Positions 1 to 13,990 are shown, counted from the first letter of the whole stretch. The stretch is DNA of 63,994 nt, filler included, from Conidiobolus incongruus B7586 (GCA_000697335.1; 44 parts of 44 records of this genome joined end to end with filler, not necessarily neighbours in it), one strand, 5' to 3'. Program-made: numbers and translations. Notes: generated from the sequence alone by a model not told the origin.

Positions 1-1086
1 ACTTAAATTAATTAATTAAAATCTATTATATTTATTAATAATATATATTATTAAATGATAATATTTAGCTAATAATTTGTTAAAATATAAACCATTAAAT
101 TTTACCTAAAATAAGTTATAAATTTTTAGGTTTTTGGTGATAAATAAAAATTAAAACCTAGTGTATCTATCTTTAGCTTTTCTAACTTTTTTAAGTTTGT
201 GGGGTATAAAATCAATTAACTTCTTATATTAAGAAGGGTTAATCTTGTTTTATACTTCTTAAATATATTCCTAAAGCTGATTTAAATTTTTTGCTAAGGG
301 GAAAGCTTTAATAGCTTTTTTTAACTGATCTTAAAGGTGTTTAATTAAGTTAAGGTTAAGAAATTAAAAAAGCTACTTTATAATTATTATTTTGTTATTT
401 TTAAGCTATTTGGTAATAGAAGCTATAATATAATAAATAGTATTATCTTGCTGGAAAATAAAATTAGATTTATTTAACCTATATTATTTTATGGTTTTTT
501 TCAATTTATTGTTTAGAATACTTTAATATATTTTAATATTAATTCTATTATTAACTTTACAAAGATATTTTATACTTAAAGATAATATATATCCCCAAAT
601 AATAATTAACCTACTATTATACTTTTAGGTAGAATTAATATAATAGTTATAAAGTAATTCTATATCTTTTCTGAAATATTTAGCTTTTCTATTAAATTTA
701 TTAAAATATATTTTTATTTTATTAAATTAAATAGCTTTACTCTAATTAGTTTTGGTTTAATATTAGTAATAACATTTAAACTCCCATTTAACTTTATAGT
801 AGGATTTTTTTAGTTAAGGGTATTTTTTCTTAAAGTATAAGTGGTATTTATATTAATATAAAGTATATATAATAGTATTAGTATTAACTAATATTCTTAT
901 GTAGTTTTATAGTTCTTGTTATATTTCTAAAGTAATATTACATTTACTTATATTAACTAACCTATAGATATACTTCTTATCATATTTATTTATAATTTTA
1001 ACATATTTAAGTTTAAGTTTAAATGTATTTTTATTATTATTTTTAATAACTTTAACTATAATAACCTAACTAACATTAGTAATTCT
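1..1086 (-). mobile_element. Tc1-like (DD34E) DNA transposon relic: 3' part of transposase plus inner part of right terminal repeat
   Basis: Minus strand ends ...KVRKAKDRYTRF* (stop near 151-153). Collinear with the copy at 52336-53833; many transition-derived stops. Confidence 0.9.
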
Positions 1087-1186
1087 NNNNNNNNNNNNNN
1101 NNNNNNNNNNNNNNNNNNNNNNNNNNNNNNTTAATTAATTAANNNNNNNNNNNNNNNNNNNNNNNNNNNNNNNNNNNNNNNNNNNN
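1087..1186. other. Artificial contig spacer (44 N + TTAATTAATTAA + 44 N); first of 43 such spacers, the last at 62640-62739
   Basis: The same 100-bp unit recurs every 1-2 kb. TTAATTAATTAA puts a stop codon in all six frames, a known concatenation linker. Sequence on either side is unrelated. Confidence 0.98.
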
Positions 1187-1425
1187 TAATAATAAAAATA
1201 AATATATTAATAGTTAAATAAGAGTTTATTAATATAAAAAGATAAGAGATTCTTATAGCTGAGTAAAATATATAAGTATAAATATAAATGATTGAGTAAT
1301 AATAAGGTTATTTAAATATAAGCAAGTAAAATATTAATAAAGCTTAATTTGGTTAATTAAATCTTTAATAATTAATTAAAATAGAATAAAGTATCAATTA
1401 AATAATATTTATTATAATACTTATA
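1187..1425 (-). repeat. 3' LTR (partial) of a chromoviral Ty3/Gypsy element
   Basis: On the minus strand the polypurine tract AGAGGGGG (1433-1426) is directly followed by TATAAG, a mutated TGTAAG LTR start. Confidence 0.6.
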
Positions 1426-2238
1426 CCCCCTCTAAATTATATTAAGTTATTAGCATAATTTTTATTTTTTTAATCTTCTTAATATAAAATATATATATAT
1501 AAGCGTTCTTAATTATTTAAAGTGATTTTTAAATTAATTTAAAATAGGATAACTTAATTATTTTAAGAAATAATAAGGTTCTCCATATCTTATTTTATAG
1601 GCAAGGATATTATTAATATATTATTCTTTATCCCTTTGATTATTAATAATGGGTAATAAAAGATTTTTGAAATTTTAATCAAAAAACTCATTTTTAATAT
1701 AATAATATAGTTTTATGAATAAGGTAAAAAAGACAAAATAATATTTATAAATTTTGAATAACTTCAAAATTCTTAAGTTTAGTAATAATTTTAAAGAATA
1801 AAATAATTTAATCTAATATGGTAAAAGGTTTTGATTTATGTTGTTTCTAGATATTTTCTTAGTAAAAAATATATCTGTTATAATTAATAATATTAAAAAT
1901 TTAGGTTTATATTTAAATAGAGTTTTATAAAGCTTTGAATAATATATTTTATTATATATTTGTTTTAACTGATTGATTTTAAAATTATTTGATAAATTAA
2001 TTCAAAATTTTTTAATTTATCCATAATAAACTTATTGATAATCATATCCAAATTAAAGCTAATCAATAAGTTAAAATATTAATTATAATTTATAAAATAA
2101 AATATCAAACTACTAAACTAAATAATTAAATAATTATAAGTATATTATAAATAAAATAAATAATATTCCTAATTATTTTAACTAAAATAATATAATTTCA
2201 AACTTTTTGTTCTAAAGTTTTAATAATTTTTTTAATTA
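1426..2238 (-). pseudogene. Ty3/Gypsy integrase C-terminus with GPY/F module and chromodomain, degenerate
   Basis: Minus strand LLPY*IKLFY (LLPYWIGPFY), YYFVFFTLFIKLY (HPVF...KPY), and at about 1660-1545 PIINNQRDKE*YINNILAYKIRYGEPYYFLK*LSYP (chromodomain EEW.ID.IL.H......Y.LKW.GYP). Confidence 0.75.
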
Positions 2239-2338
2239 NNNNNNNNNNNNNNNNNNNNNNNNNNNNNNNNNNNNNNNNNNNNTTAATTAATTAANNNNNN
2301 NNNNNNNNNNNNNNNNNNNNNNNNNNNNNNNNNNNNNN

Positions 2339-3364
2339 AATCAACTTTATAATGAAAATAAATCAACTTATAAGATTACTAGAATTATTAATATTAGCTA
2401 ATATATTATAACTAGGGTTATTAAGAATAATGTTAAAAAAACACTTAAACTAAAACTTAAGTATATTAAAATTATAGATAAACATGATAAAAAGTATAAC
2501 AAGAATTATAAGACTATATAAGAATATTAGTTAGTATTAATACTATTATATATACTTTATATTAAAATAGATATTACTTATACTTTAAGAAAAAACACCC
2601 TTAATTAAAAAAGTCCCATTATAAAGTTAAGTGGGTGTTTAAATATCAACACTAAAGTTAAATTGAAATTAATTAAGGTAAAGTTATTTAGTCTAATAAA
2701 ATAAAGATATATTTTAATAGATTTAATAAAAAAGCTAGATATTTCAAAAAAGATAAAAAACTACTTTATAACTATTATATTATTATAACCCAAAAATACA
2801 ATAATAGGTTAATTATAATTTAGGGATATATATTATCTTTAGGTATAGGCTATCTTTATAAAGTTAATAAGGGAATTAATGCTGAGATTTATTAAAATAT
2901 TTTAAACAATAAATTAAAAAAACTATAAAATAATATAAATTAAAAAAATCAAATAATATTTTCTAATAAAATAATATACCTTGTTATAATATAAATTCTA
3001 CTTATATAGCTTAAAAATAACAAAATAACTATTATAAAATAGCTTCCTCAATTTTTTAATCTTAACCTAATTAAATATCTTTGGGATCAACTAAAAACAT
3101 TAATTAAAGTTTTCCCCTTAGTAAAAATTTAGGTTAACTTTAAAAGTATATTCAAAAAGCTTATAATAATATAAGTTTTGTTTAATATAAGAGGCTAGTT
3201 AACTCTATACCTTATAAACTTAAACAAATTAGAAAAACAAAAGATAGATATATTAGATATTAATTTTTCTATCAATACTAAGACTTATAAATTTATAATT
3301 CATTTCAAATATACTTTTAGTTTTAATTTATCAATTAATAATTAATTAAATTTAACTTTATATA
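2339..3364 (+). mobile_element. Tc1-like transposon relic, most of the transposase
   Basis: F**NNIPCY near 2960 (FQQDNAPCH) and YLWDQLK near 3075; collinear with the other copies. Confidence 0.9.
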
Positions 3365-4139
3365 NNNNNNNNNNNNNNNNNNNNNNNNNNNNNNNNNNNN
3401 NNNNNNNNTTAATTAATTAANNNNNNNNNNNNNNNNNNNNNNNNNNNNNNNNNNNNNNNNNNNNTTAATATTATTATATTGAATTTTCATAATTTTTAGA
3501 TTGATTAAAATATCAAATAAATATTATAGACCTTGATATAATTAATATATGGATAGATAGATATATAAGTTTGAATTTATATTAATTATTAAATTTAAAA
3601 TATATATCTCAAATTATATAACTATTTATTATTTTTTCCTAATAAATTTTATAAAAGATTAGCTATAAATTGATAAATATAATATATTTAAAATAATATT
3701 TGAACTTTTTAATCAAAATATAAATACTCTTTTAAGCACTATATATTTATTTTTTTCAAACCATTTTAGATATTATTATTATAACCCTGAATATATATAA
3801 AATAGCTCTAACTTTTTATAATATTTGATTCAATTTCAATTAATATATTTAATCTGATAAAGGCTATCAAAAAGTAGATATTATTATATTTATCGAATCT
3901 TTTAAGCAATAATATTCAAGAATATTTACCCATATTTATTGGACTTCTTTATTATAAAGGTCAAGATATTATCATTAAATCATATTGAATATATAATATT
4001 TATAAAAGTGATATATTTTTTAGTTATATTTTTATTAATATAATAACTATATGATGAAATAATTTTAATATCAAAATTAATCAAATAAATTTTATATAAT
4101 AATATATTGAATTTAATAAATATAATAAAATTAATATCA

Positions 4140-4476
4140 TCTTATTAATATTAATTCTTTTCCATATTTCTAAAAAGCTTGTAATACTTAGAAATAGTTT
4201 TTATATCAAAGGCTTAAATTTGATATTTACAAACTAATTTAATTTATTTACAGGAATTTTTTTTCTTATAAGCTGATTTTTTAATTATTTAAAACAATTA
4301 TAATTAAATAGGTTATAATCAAGGGAATATATTAGATATTATAACTCACTTTAATTTTTTATATTATAATTCTTTTATAGTTTTAATTTGATATATTTTA
4401 TAATTATATAAAAAAATAAATATATTAAATCTATATTAAAAATACCATTTAAAAATTTTTTTATTTAAATTATATT
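4140..4476 (-). mobile_element. Mariner relic, transposase C-terminal part
   Basis: Matches 24969-25330 and 50430-50780 (GGTTATAATCAAGGGAATAT, the mutated YSPDYNP region). Confidence 0.75.
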
Positions 4477-4760
4477 NNNNNNNNNNNNNNNNNNNNNNNN
4501 NNNNNNNNNNNNNNNNNNNNTTAATTAATTAANNNNNNNNNNNNNNNNNNNNNNNNNNNNNNNNNNNNNNNNNNNNATAATATTAATTTATATTTTTAAA
4601 TTTTAATTGAACTAAAAATAAATATCAAATTTAATTTAATTATTGCTTTATAGATATTTAATTTAATATTAAAATAAATGATTTTTATAATTATATTAAA
4701 TTTACTTTATTTTGAAACTTATTAAATAAAATACCTTTTTGATTCTTTTTATTTTTATTA

Positions 4761-5159
4761 TATAAGTATAATAATAAAATATTATTGATATAATATAAAG
4801 AAAAACTTAATATAAAGGTAGTGTAATATAAAACATAGTAATATAATTTAAGATGTAGTGTAAATATGTAAACAAAGTTTAATTAAGCTTTAAACTGGGA
4901 TGAGTCACTGATATATTAAGATTTATATTAGGTAGTGTTAATATATTATAATATTAATAGAATATAATATTAATTTTAGAAATAATAAAAAAAATAAGAA
5001 ATAATAAGAATTAAGAGAAAAAAAACCTAGTTTATGAAATAATTCAATGCTATTTATATAATTAATTTAACTACAAAAGTATAAATTAATCATATAATTT
5101 ATAGTTAGCTGAAACATAAAGAAATATATATAAGAATTTAAAAAACTAGTCTTTTAACA
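4761..5159 (-). repeat. Solo LTR of the Gypsy family (family D), 399 bp, 5-bp TSD TATTA
   Basis: TATAAG(=TGTAAG)...TTAACA flanked by TATTA at 4756-4760 and 5160-5164; aligns end to end with 22984-23383. Confidence 0.85.
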
Positions 5160-5708
5160 TATTATCCATATTATATTTAATTGGTGCCATATTTTATTAT
5201 AGCTTATATATATATTATTATAGTCCATTTTATATATTGGGTTTTTGAATTTTGTTATGATAAGTATGGTAGAATTTATTTTAGATAATGTGATATATTA
5301 ATTTACAACTTTTTAACTAAAGTTAATTTTAAAAAATAATAACTAATAATCTTAGTTTTTCTAAATTTTATAAGTTAATATTGTTTGATATTCAAATTAA
5401 ATGCTTTTAAGTAATTATTGTTAATTTTAATATATAATTTTATAAAATGGTGTAATTTTATAATAGTTAATATAGATAAATTTTATTATCAAAATAAAAT
5501 AATATATTACAGGGATTATACTAGTTATACATAAATCATTATAACTAGCGCATAATTTAAATAAATACTCATTATATTCATTTAACTTTAATAGGTCAAT
5601 GTTAAACTNNNNNNNNNNNNNNNNNNNNNNNNNNNNNNNNNNNNNNNNNNNNTTAATTAATTAANNNNNNNNNNNNNNNNNNNNNNNNNNNNNNNNNNNN
5701 NNNNNNNN

Positions 5709-5938
5709 TTTATATAATATCTAAAATTAAAGCTATATTTTATTAATAATATAATATATTTATATTACTTAATAAAAATCTTAATATATTAATGACTTAA
5801 CTTAATTTAAAGTTTAATTAAACTTTATTTATATATTCATATTATATCTTAGACTATATTATTATATTTTATATATTATTACCTTTTATTAAATTTTCCT
5901 TTATATTATTTCAATAATTTTTTACTATTATCTTTATA
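5709..5938 (+). repeat. 5' LTR (family D, 3' half) of a Gypsy element
   Basis: Reverse complement of the solo LTRs. Ends TTTATA(=CTTACA), followed by TAGTAATAA (likely a mutated TGGTA.. primer-binding site) and gag. Confidence 0.7.
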
Positions 5939-6813
5939 TAGTAATAATAATAAAAATATTAAAAATCTATTAGAGAATTAATAACTATTTTCATTAAATC
6001 TATTTATTACTATTTTAATTTTTTTATAGTTTATTTTATTTATATTTAATACTAAATATTATAATACTATTAAAAAATACCCTTATACTATTTTAATAAT
6101 AATAATAGCTTAATTACTAAGTGAATTTAAAACTTTAATTGCTAAAAACTTGTTATTTTTTATAAAACTTATATTAAACAACTTTTGGTTAAGAAAAACA
6201 TAACTCAAAAAGCTTAAATCTAACAAACTAATTATTTTATTATTGTTAACATATTAAATCATCACTTTAATATTTTTAAAGGTAAATTAATTATTTATGT
6301 TAATATTAAAAAAATCTATAAGTTTAAAAATTATCTTAAAAATATAAAGAATTATTTTAATTTAATTTTTAATGAAGGTTTAAAGAGTATCTTTAAATTA
6401 ACTATTTTGTTTTAGAAAAATTTATTTATATTATATAATCAACATATTATCAACTTAATCTTAAAGAATTTTTAGGAGGATAAATTATTATCAGAATAAA
6501 AACTTTTAAATAATTAGAAAAAACTTTAAAAAATGTTATTACTTAAAAGATAAGTTTAATTAACAAAAAAAAGCTTTCTTAGATAAAAAGTATCTATAAG
6601 GTAATTGATTAAGAAATTTAATGAGATATATCTAAATATATTAAATATATTAAATATTACTAAAGAAGAATAGATCTACAAACTATTATAATACTTTAAT
6701 CTTTAAGAAAAACTTTAACTAATTAATAAAAAACATATCAATAATATGTTTTTTTCTGATATTTATAATATAATAATTATAATTAATGATATTTTTTACT
6801 TTATAATTAAATT
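5939..6813 (+). pseudogene. Ty3/Gypsy leader and gag relic (family C)
   Basis: Collinear with 8037-9101, 17998-19496 and 19597-20657; gag-like IFKGK...FKNYLKNIKNYF. Confidence 0.7.
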
Positions 6814-6913
6814 NNNNNNNNNNNNNNNNNNNNNNNNNNNNNNNNNNNNNNNNNNNNTTAATTAATTAANNNNNNNNNNNNNNNNNNNNNNNNNNNNNNN
6901 NNNNNNNNNNNNN

Positions 6914-7170
6914 TAATCAAAATAATTAAACAAATTTATTATATCTAATATACTTAATAGATTTTAACTTTTATGATTATAATTACTCATAATATTCAAA
7001 AATATTAGCTTATACAAAAAGGAATTTTTATATAAAAATTTAATTAAATTAAAAAAAATTAAATCATAATCTTTAATTTAAAAAAATTTATTTTAATTAT
7101 TAAAGTATATTAAGTATAAAGCAACAAGTTACTAGTAATATAAAAAATATTAATTTTATATTTTATAATT
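6914..7170 (+). mobile_element. Old mariner relic, C-terminal part
   Basis: Similar to 30620-30850 (TATGATTATAATT...AAAGGAATTTTTATATAAAAATTTAATTAAATT). Confidence 0.6.
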
Positions 7171-7269
7171 ACCTTTGTGGGTTTTATATTATAATATTTA
7201 TTTATTATCTTAAAAATTCTTTTTACCTAAAATTTAAAATAATAAAACCAATTTATTATTGTTAAAAAT

Positions 7270-7740
7270 ATTAGCATAGTAGTCTATATATCAATAATAT
7301 GAAACTTTGCCATTATTACCAGCAATTTATATAAAGTTCCAAAGATTATTTTTTACAATATATTTTTTATAGATATTATTCCAATACACCAGCTTTTCAC
7401 GATATTTAGTATCTTAAGGTCCTCCAAATATCAAAATACTATCATTGTAATAGTTGATAGCAAATCCAAATAATGAATCAATGACTTCTTTATTAAAATA
7501 GATATTCAAAGTTTATTTAATTCTCCAAGTATTGGAATAGATATCAAAAATATAGTTTTTTTCCAAAGTGGATATTTATGGTTCTCCAACAGTATTTGCT
7601 ATTTAATCTATATAGTTGCCTTTGTTCCAAATATAACCACCTAATATATAGATATATTGATTTTCAACCAATTGCACAGTATGACCTCCCAAAGGTGGAA
7701 TACCGTTATATTCAACTATGTGTTTTCAATTATACTATTC
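7270..7740 (-). pseudogene. Kelch-repeat (beta-propeller) protein pseudogene fragment
   Basis: Minus strand GIPPLGGHTVQLVENQYIYILGGYIW...NYIFDIYSNTWRIK*...YNDSILIFGGP*...NNLWNF: Kelch GG/Y/W pattern with several in-frame TAA and TGA stops. Confidence 0.8.
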
Positions 7741-8036
7741 TTAGGTTTTAAGATTTAGGAATAGAATAAATTAGTCAATAAGGTTACTTGAATTTGTTGA
7801 TATAGATATACTTTGCAAATAAATAGATAAAAAATTAATTTATTTAAACTTATTATATTTGTTAGTTTATAATATTTAAACTTTATCAAATACCTTGATT
7901 AAATATATTTTATATTAAACAAATTAAATAATATAANNNNNNNNNNNNNNNNNNNNNNNNNNNNNNNNNNNNNNNNNNNNTTAATTAATTAANNNNNNNN
8001 NNNNNNNNNNNNNNNNNNNNNNNNNNNNNNNNNNNN

Positions 8037-9101
8037 AATAAAAAAATTACCCATATATTATTTTTATAAATATAATAGCTTAATAACTAATTGAATCTAA
8101 AACTTTAATTTTTAAAAACTTATTTATCTTTAAAAAACTGATATCAGATAACTTTTAAGAAAAATATATCTTAAAAAATATAAATCTAATAAACTAATAA
8201 TTTTATTATTAATAAGATATTAAATCACCTTTTTTGTATTTTTAAAAACAAATTAATTATCAATAATAGTTTAAAATATATTTTTAAACTTGAAAAATAA
8301 AATTAAAAAATAAAAAATTCTGTTAATTTATTTATTGATAAAGATTAAAAAATAACTTTAAATTAACCATTTCTTTAGAATATTTATTTAACTAGTAAGT
8401 TAACTTATTAAAAGTTTTATTATAAAGAATCTTTAGGTAGATTATTTGTCATAAAAATATAAACTTTAAAACAATTGGAAAGAAATTTAAAAAAGATATT
8501 ATATAAAATATAAAATATAATTAATAAATCAAAAACAACCTTAACAAAAATAAAAATCTTTTTTAAGGTAAATAATATAGAAATCGATCAAGATATATAT
8601 AAAATTATTAAATATCACTAAAGAATAATAAATTTAAAAGATATTATAAAACTTTATTTTTTAGGTAAAACCTTAGTTAATTAATAAGGACCATTTTAAT
8701 AATATATTTCTTTTAGATATCTCAGATATAATAATTATAATTCATGATATCCTTTTCTATATAATTGAATATTTTTTATCTAAAAATTTAATCCATTAAA
8801 ATTGATATTAGCTTATTTAAATCCTAAATAATAGATATTTCTATCTTAAGACATTATAAAAAAACTTTAAATATAAAAGTTAAAACTTATCTAAAAATAA
8901 ATAAAAGGAATTATTATTATTAAAAAATTTACATTAATTTTAAAATTAATAAATAAATTTAAAAACAATATTAATAAAATTTTTAATAATCTTAATCTAT
9001 TAATTATAAATTAAATTTAAACAATATTATTATAAATTTATAATTATCTTTTTATTTATAAATAATCATATTATAATTTAATCCACAAAAGCTTTAATAA
9101 A
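8037..9101 (+). pseudogene. Ty3/Gypsy gag relic (family C, diverged copy)
   Basis: Collinear with the other family C copies; SIKID (PMEID-like) near 8790, then the zinc-knuckle region. Confidence 0.7.
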
Positions 9102-9201
9102 NNNNNNNNNNNNNNNNNNNNNNNNNNNNNNNNNNNNNNNNNNNNTTAATTAATTAANNNNNNNNNNNNNNNNNNNNNNNNNNNNNNNNNNNNNNNNNNN
9201 N

Positions 9202-10258
9202 AAAAAGTATATTTATAGGTTACTTAATATAAATAAATATAGTATTAATATAGCAATATAACATGAATTATAAAACTATATAAAAATATTAGTTAATATT
9301 AATATTATTATAAATAATTTATATTAATATAAATATCATTTATATCTTAAGAAAAAAAACCCCTAACTAAAGAAATCTTATTATAAAGTTAAGTAAGTAT
9401 TTAAATATTATTGTTAATATTAAACTAAAACTAATTAAAATAAGGTTATTTAATTTAATAAAATAAAAATATATTTTAGTAAATTTGATAAAAAAGCTAA
9501 ATATTTAAAAAAAAATATAAAACTATTTTATAACTATTATATTAATTGTACCTAAAAATAGAATAATAGGTTAATTATTATTTAAGGATAAATATTGTTT
9601 TTAAGTATAAAGTATTTTTATAAAATTAATAAAAGAATTAATATTGAAATATATTAAAATATTCTAAATAATAAATTTAAAAAATTATTAGATAATAAAG
9701 GTTAAATAAATCTAATGTAATTTTTTAATAAAATAATGTTTTTTGTTATATTAAAACTTTTATTACCAAATAACTTGAAAATAATAAGATAATAATTTTA
9801 AAGTAGCTTATTTAATTTTTTAACTTTAATTTAATTAAACATTTTTGAGATAAGTTAAAAAAAGTTATTAAAGCTTTCCCCTTAACAAAAGATTTAAATT
9901 AGCTTTAAAAATATATTTAAGAGATATAGAATAAGATTAACCCTTCTTAGTATAAGAAATTAGTTAACTTTATACCTTATAAACTTAAAAAAATTAAAAA
10001 AGCTAAAGGTTGATATACTAGGTTTTAATTTTTTTTATTACTAAAAACTTATAAATTTATAACTTATTTTAAATAAAATTTAAGAGTTTATATTTTAACT
10101 AATTAATAACTAAATATTATTATTTAATGATATATATTATTAATAAATATTATACATTTTAATTATTTAATTTAAAATTTATTTTATTAAATATTAATCA
10201 AGTTATTAGTAAAAATATATGTGTTTTTGATTTTATAACTTATTTTTGTTGGTTAATA
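9202..10258 (+). mobile_element. Tc1-like transposon relic including the right terminus
   Basis: Ends KAKG*YTRF* near 10000-10028. Right terminus TTATAACTTATTTTTGTTGGTTAATA followed by TA. Confidence 0.88.
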
Positions 10259-10360
10259 TANNNNNNNNNNNNNNNNNNNNNNNNNNNNNNNNNNNNNNNN
10301 NNNNTTAATTAATTAANNNNNNNNNNNNNNNNNNNNNNNNNNNNNNNNNNNNNNNNNNNN

Positions 10361-11386
10361 TATATATATATATATATATATAATAATTTTTATAATTAAA
10401 TAGATAATTTTTTAAAATTGATTATAAAATTTAAATATATTTAAACCAAATAATAATCATCAAAAGCTATTTATTTTAGTATCTGTAAAATTTAATTATT
10501 AATCTTATAAAATCATATAAAATTTACAAGTAACTTTTAATAATAAATATTAATTAAATTAATAATTAATTACTAATTGTATTATTTTAATGCTAGGAAA
10601 AAAACTATCCAAAATTTGTTAAAATTTAAATAACTAATTTTATTATTATTTTTTCAATTATAAATAGTATGAACAAATATATTAAAAATCACCCTTTTAT
10701 TTTAACTAGATAATTATAAAGATATTTTAATATTAGTTACATAAGTATTTTATATATATTAAAACTTAAATTAAAACTATTAAATAAAAATACAAAATAT
10801 ATGCATTATTATTTAAATAAAGTTTAGAAAAAAGATAAAACAGTTACTATTAAATAAAACTTACTAAAATATTACTAGAAACCTAAGCTTTTATAGTAAA
10901 TAATTATAATTGATGAATTTTAGATCCTATTATATAATTATTTATTAAAAAATAAATCAAAGTATTAGATTAAGCTAAATCAACCCTTTTTACAAATCCT
11001 TTTAAATAAGTATTATATTGATAAAAAAATGCTAACTATTACTGTATACTATAATAACATTTGTTATTTTTATTTAGTTCTTAAAAAAATAAATTAATAA
11101 TAAATTTTATATTGCTTTTTTAAATAAAATTATTTTAAAATGATATTGTTAATATAATTTAAGAAAGCTTATTATTTTGCAAAATAATTATAAAATACAT
11201 AAAGTTAAAATTATAAAATATTTTCTGATTAAAAATAATTAAAAAAAATTATCATATCTAATATATTATTTTAACTATAACTTATATGACTATAATTATT
11301 TTAAATAATGAAAAAATTATTTTATAAAAAAGAAAATTTTTATAAAAAAAATTTAATTAGTTTGTACAATATTAAATTTCAATCTT
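10361..11386 (+). mobile_element. Mariner (DD34D) relic, nearly the whole transposase
   Basis: IIIIDEF*ILLYN (IITVDESWIPLYN) near 10900; YDYN near 11285; begins at the (TA)n tract of the 5' UTR. Confidence 0.88.
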
Positions 11387-13145
11387 NNNNNNNNNNNNNN
11401 NNNNNNNNNNNNNNNNNNNNNNNNNNNNNNTTAATTAATTAANNNNNNNNNNNNNNNNNNNNNNNNNNNNNNNNNNNNNNNNNNNNTTTTCTTGTTATAT
11501 TATTTATAATACCCTTATATAAATAATAAAACCAAGTATATTAATAAAAAATAATATTTTGACAATCAATCTTTTAATATTAGATAATTTAGTTATTACA
11601 AATTTGACAAATAATATAAACATAACATTTTATCATATTAAGAAATTATAATATTTTGTTTATATTTTATTATTGGTGATTGTGAAGAATTTTTGAAAGT
11701 AATTTTTTTATTACTTAATCATAGATAGATAATTTTATTTATGAAAATTATATAAATAACAATATATAATTTTTTGAATAATATGTCATAAATTGCTTTA
11801 AATATTAAATTAAGTTTGGTTATAAATTAAACAGAAATTAATTAAAAATTCGAAATTTTCTTCAATTAATAATTGATACTTTGAAATATTAATTATATCT
11901 TTAACAAAAAAATTGATATGAAACTAGTGGAAAATAAGGGTTGAATGGTATGAAATAATTATAATTAAATAGTACCAATACTTTTGTAACCCTATAGTAT
12001 TATTTGAAAAAAGATTATCAATATATTTATAACATAATTACTAACTATATTTATTCAACCATATAATACATTAAATTAATATATATAAAATGATTCAAAA
12101 TATATATATTTATTTCATTTATATAAATCAAAATATTAAATTATATTCAAAAAATGATATTTAATATAATGATAATTGAACTAATTTGGAAATAAACTCT
12201 TTTCAAAATCAATTCAAAATTATGATTGAATTTTATAATTAAAATTTCTCGAATTAATTTATATCTAATCTTTTTAATTTTTAATCCTTACTTTATATAT
12301 TTTTATTATATTTCAATTCACTAATTATATTTTTATTATTTTTGATTACACATATTTGATATATAACTTTTTTTATCTGATTAATATATATATTTTTTAT
12401 AAAATATATCAAATTGAATCTTGGTATGATTTGATTAAGCACAAAATTTCAATATTGATATGATTGTGTATTTTCTTATTAATCACAATATATTATAAGT
12501 TATTTTTTTCAATTTTTATATATTCATTTATAGTTTAATAAATAATCAAGTTTAATATTCGATATTTCATATTTTTATTTTATAATACTTAAATTTATTA
12601 TTATTTAACTAAAGTATTATATGGAAATTTCTTATTCTTTAATAAAATATAATATATTTAATTGATAATAATTTTCATAATTTTATATTCAATATCAAAT
12701 TTTGAAAGTTGTTACTTGGTATATATAATCTGAAAAATAATTAAAATATTCAATCCAACTAAAATATATTGTGAAATTTAATTTAATNNNNNNNNNNNNN
12801 NNNNNNNNNNNNNNNNNNNNNNNNNNNNNNNTTAATTAATTAANNNNNNNNNNNNNNNNNNNNNNNNNNNNNNNNNNNNNNNNNNNNTTAATCTTTGATT
12901 ATATATTTGAAAAATATATCAATATATATTTAATATATTAATCTTTGAAAGATTTCTTATTAAACTTTTTAAATTAATAAAATAAATGAAGATATTATAG
13001 ATTTAATTGAAATAAAATAACTTTTAATATTTTAAAATATAGTTTTTCAATATAATATTAACTCAAAAGGATATTTTATATAAAAGTTATATAAAAGGCT
13101 ATATTTCAAACTTAAATTTTTTTATAAATATAAATCAAATATATA

Positions 13146-13890
13146 TATTAACTTGCAAAAATGAGTTATAAATCAAAAAAACTTATATTTTTACTAATAA
13201 CTTAATTAATAATTAATAAAATAAACCTAAATTAAATAGTTAAAATCTGTTTTATTTATTAATTATATATATTATTAAATAGTGATATTTAGCTATTAAT
13301 TGGTTAAAATATAAACTCTCAAATTTTACCTAAGGTGAATAATAAATTTGTGGGTTTTTGGTGATAAAAAAAATATAATCTAGTATATTTATTTTTAGAA
13401 TTTCTAATTTCTTTAAGTTTATAGGGTATAGAATCAATTAACTTCTTATTCTAAAAAAAATTAATCTTGTTCTATGCTTCTTAAATATATTTTTAAAGTT
13501 AATTTAAATTTTTTATTAAGGGGAAAACTTTAATAGCTTTTTTTAACTAAATTTAAAAGTGTTTAATTAAATTAAAGTTAAGAAATTAAAAAAACTACTT
13601 TATAATTATTATTTTGTTATTTTTAAGTTATTTGGTAATAGAAGCTATAATATAACAAAAAGTATTATATTATTAGAAAATTTTATTAGATTTGTTTAAC
13701 CTATATTATTTAATATTTTTTTTACTTTATTATTTAGAATACTTTAGTATATTTTAATATTAATTCCTTTATTAACTTTATAAAGATATTTTACACCTAA
13801 TAATAATATATATCTTCAAATAATAATTAATTTTTTATTATACTTTTAGGTAAAATTAATATAATAATCATAAAATAATTCTATATCTTT
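13146..13890 (-). mobile_element. Tc1-like relic with complete right terminal repeat
   Basis: TA|TATTAACTTGCAAAAATGAGTTATAAA terminus; inner repeat AAGGTGAATAATAAATTTGTGGG near 13332-13354; transposase C-terminus follows. Confidence 0.88.
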
Positions 13891-13990
13891 NNNNNNNNNN
13901 NNNNNNNNNNNNNNNNNNNNNNNNNNNNNNNNNNTTAATTAATTAANNNNNNNNNNNNNNNNNNNNNNNNNNNNNNNNNNNNNNNNNNNN

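Noticed and set aside
1131..1142. Regularly recurring TTAATTAATTAA as a biological repeat or CRISPR-like array
   Set aside because: Always centred in exactly 44+44 Ns; an artificial six-frame-stop linker.
7270..7740. Alternative genetic code (TAA/TAG = Gln) explaining the in-frame stops
   Set aside because: TAG/TAA/TGA also replace conserved Trp, copies disagree at these sites, and both transposases end naturally at TAA. Mutation explains the pattern better.
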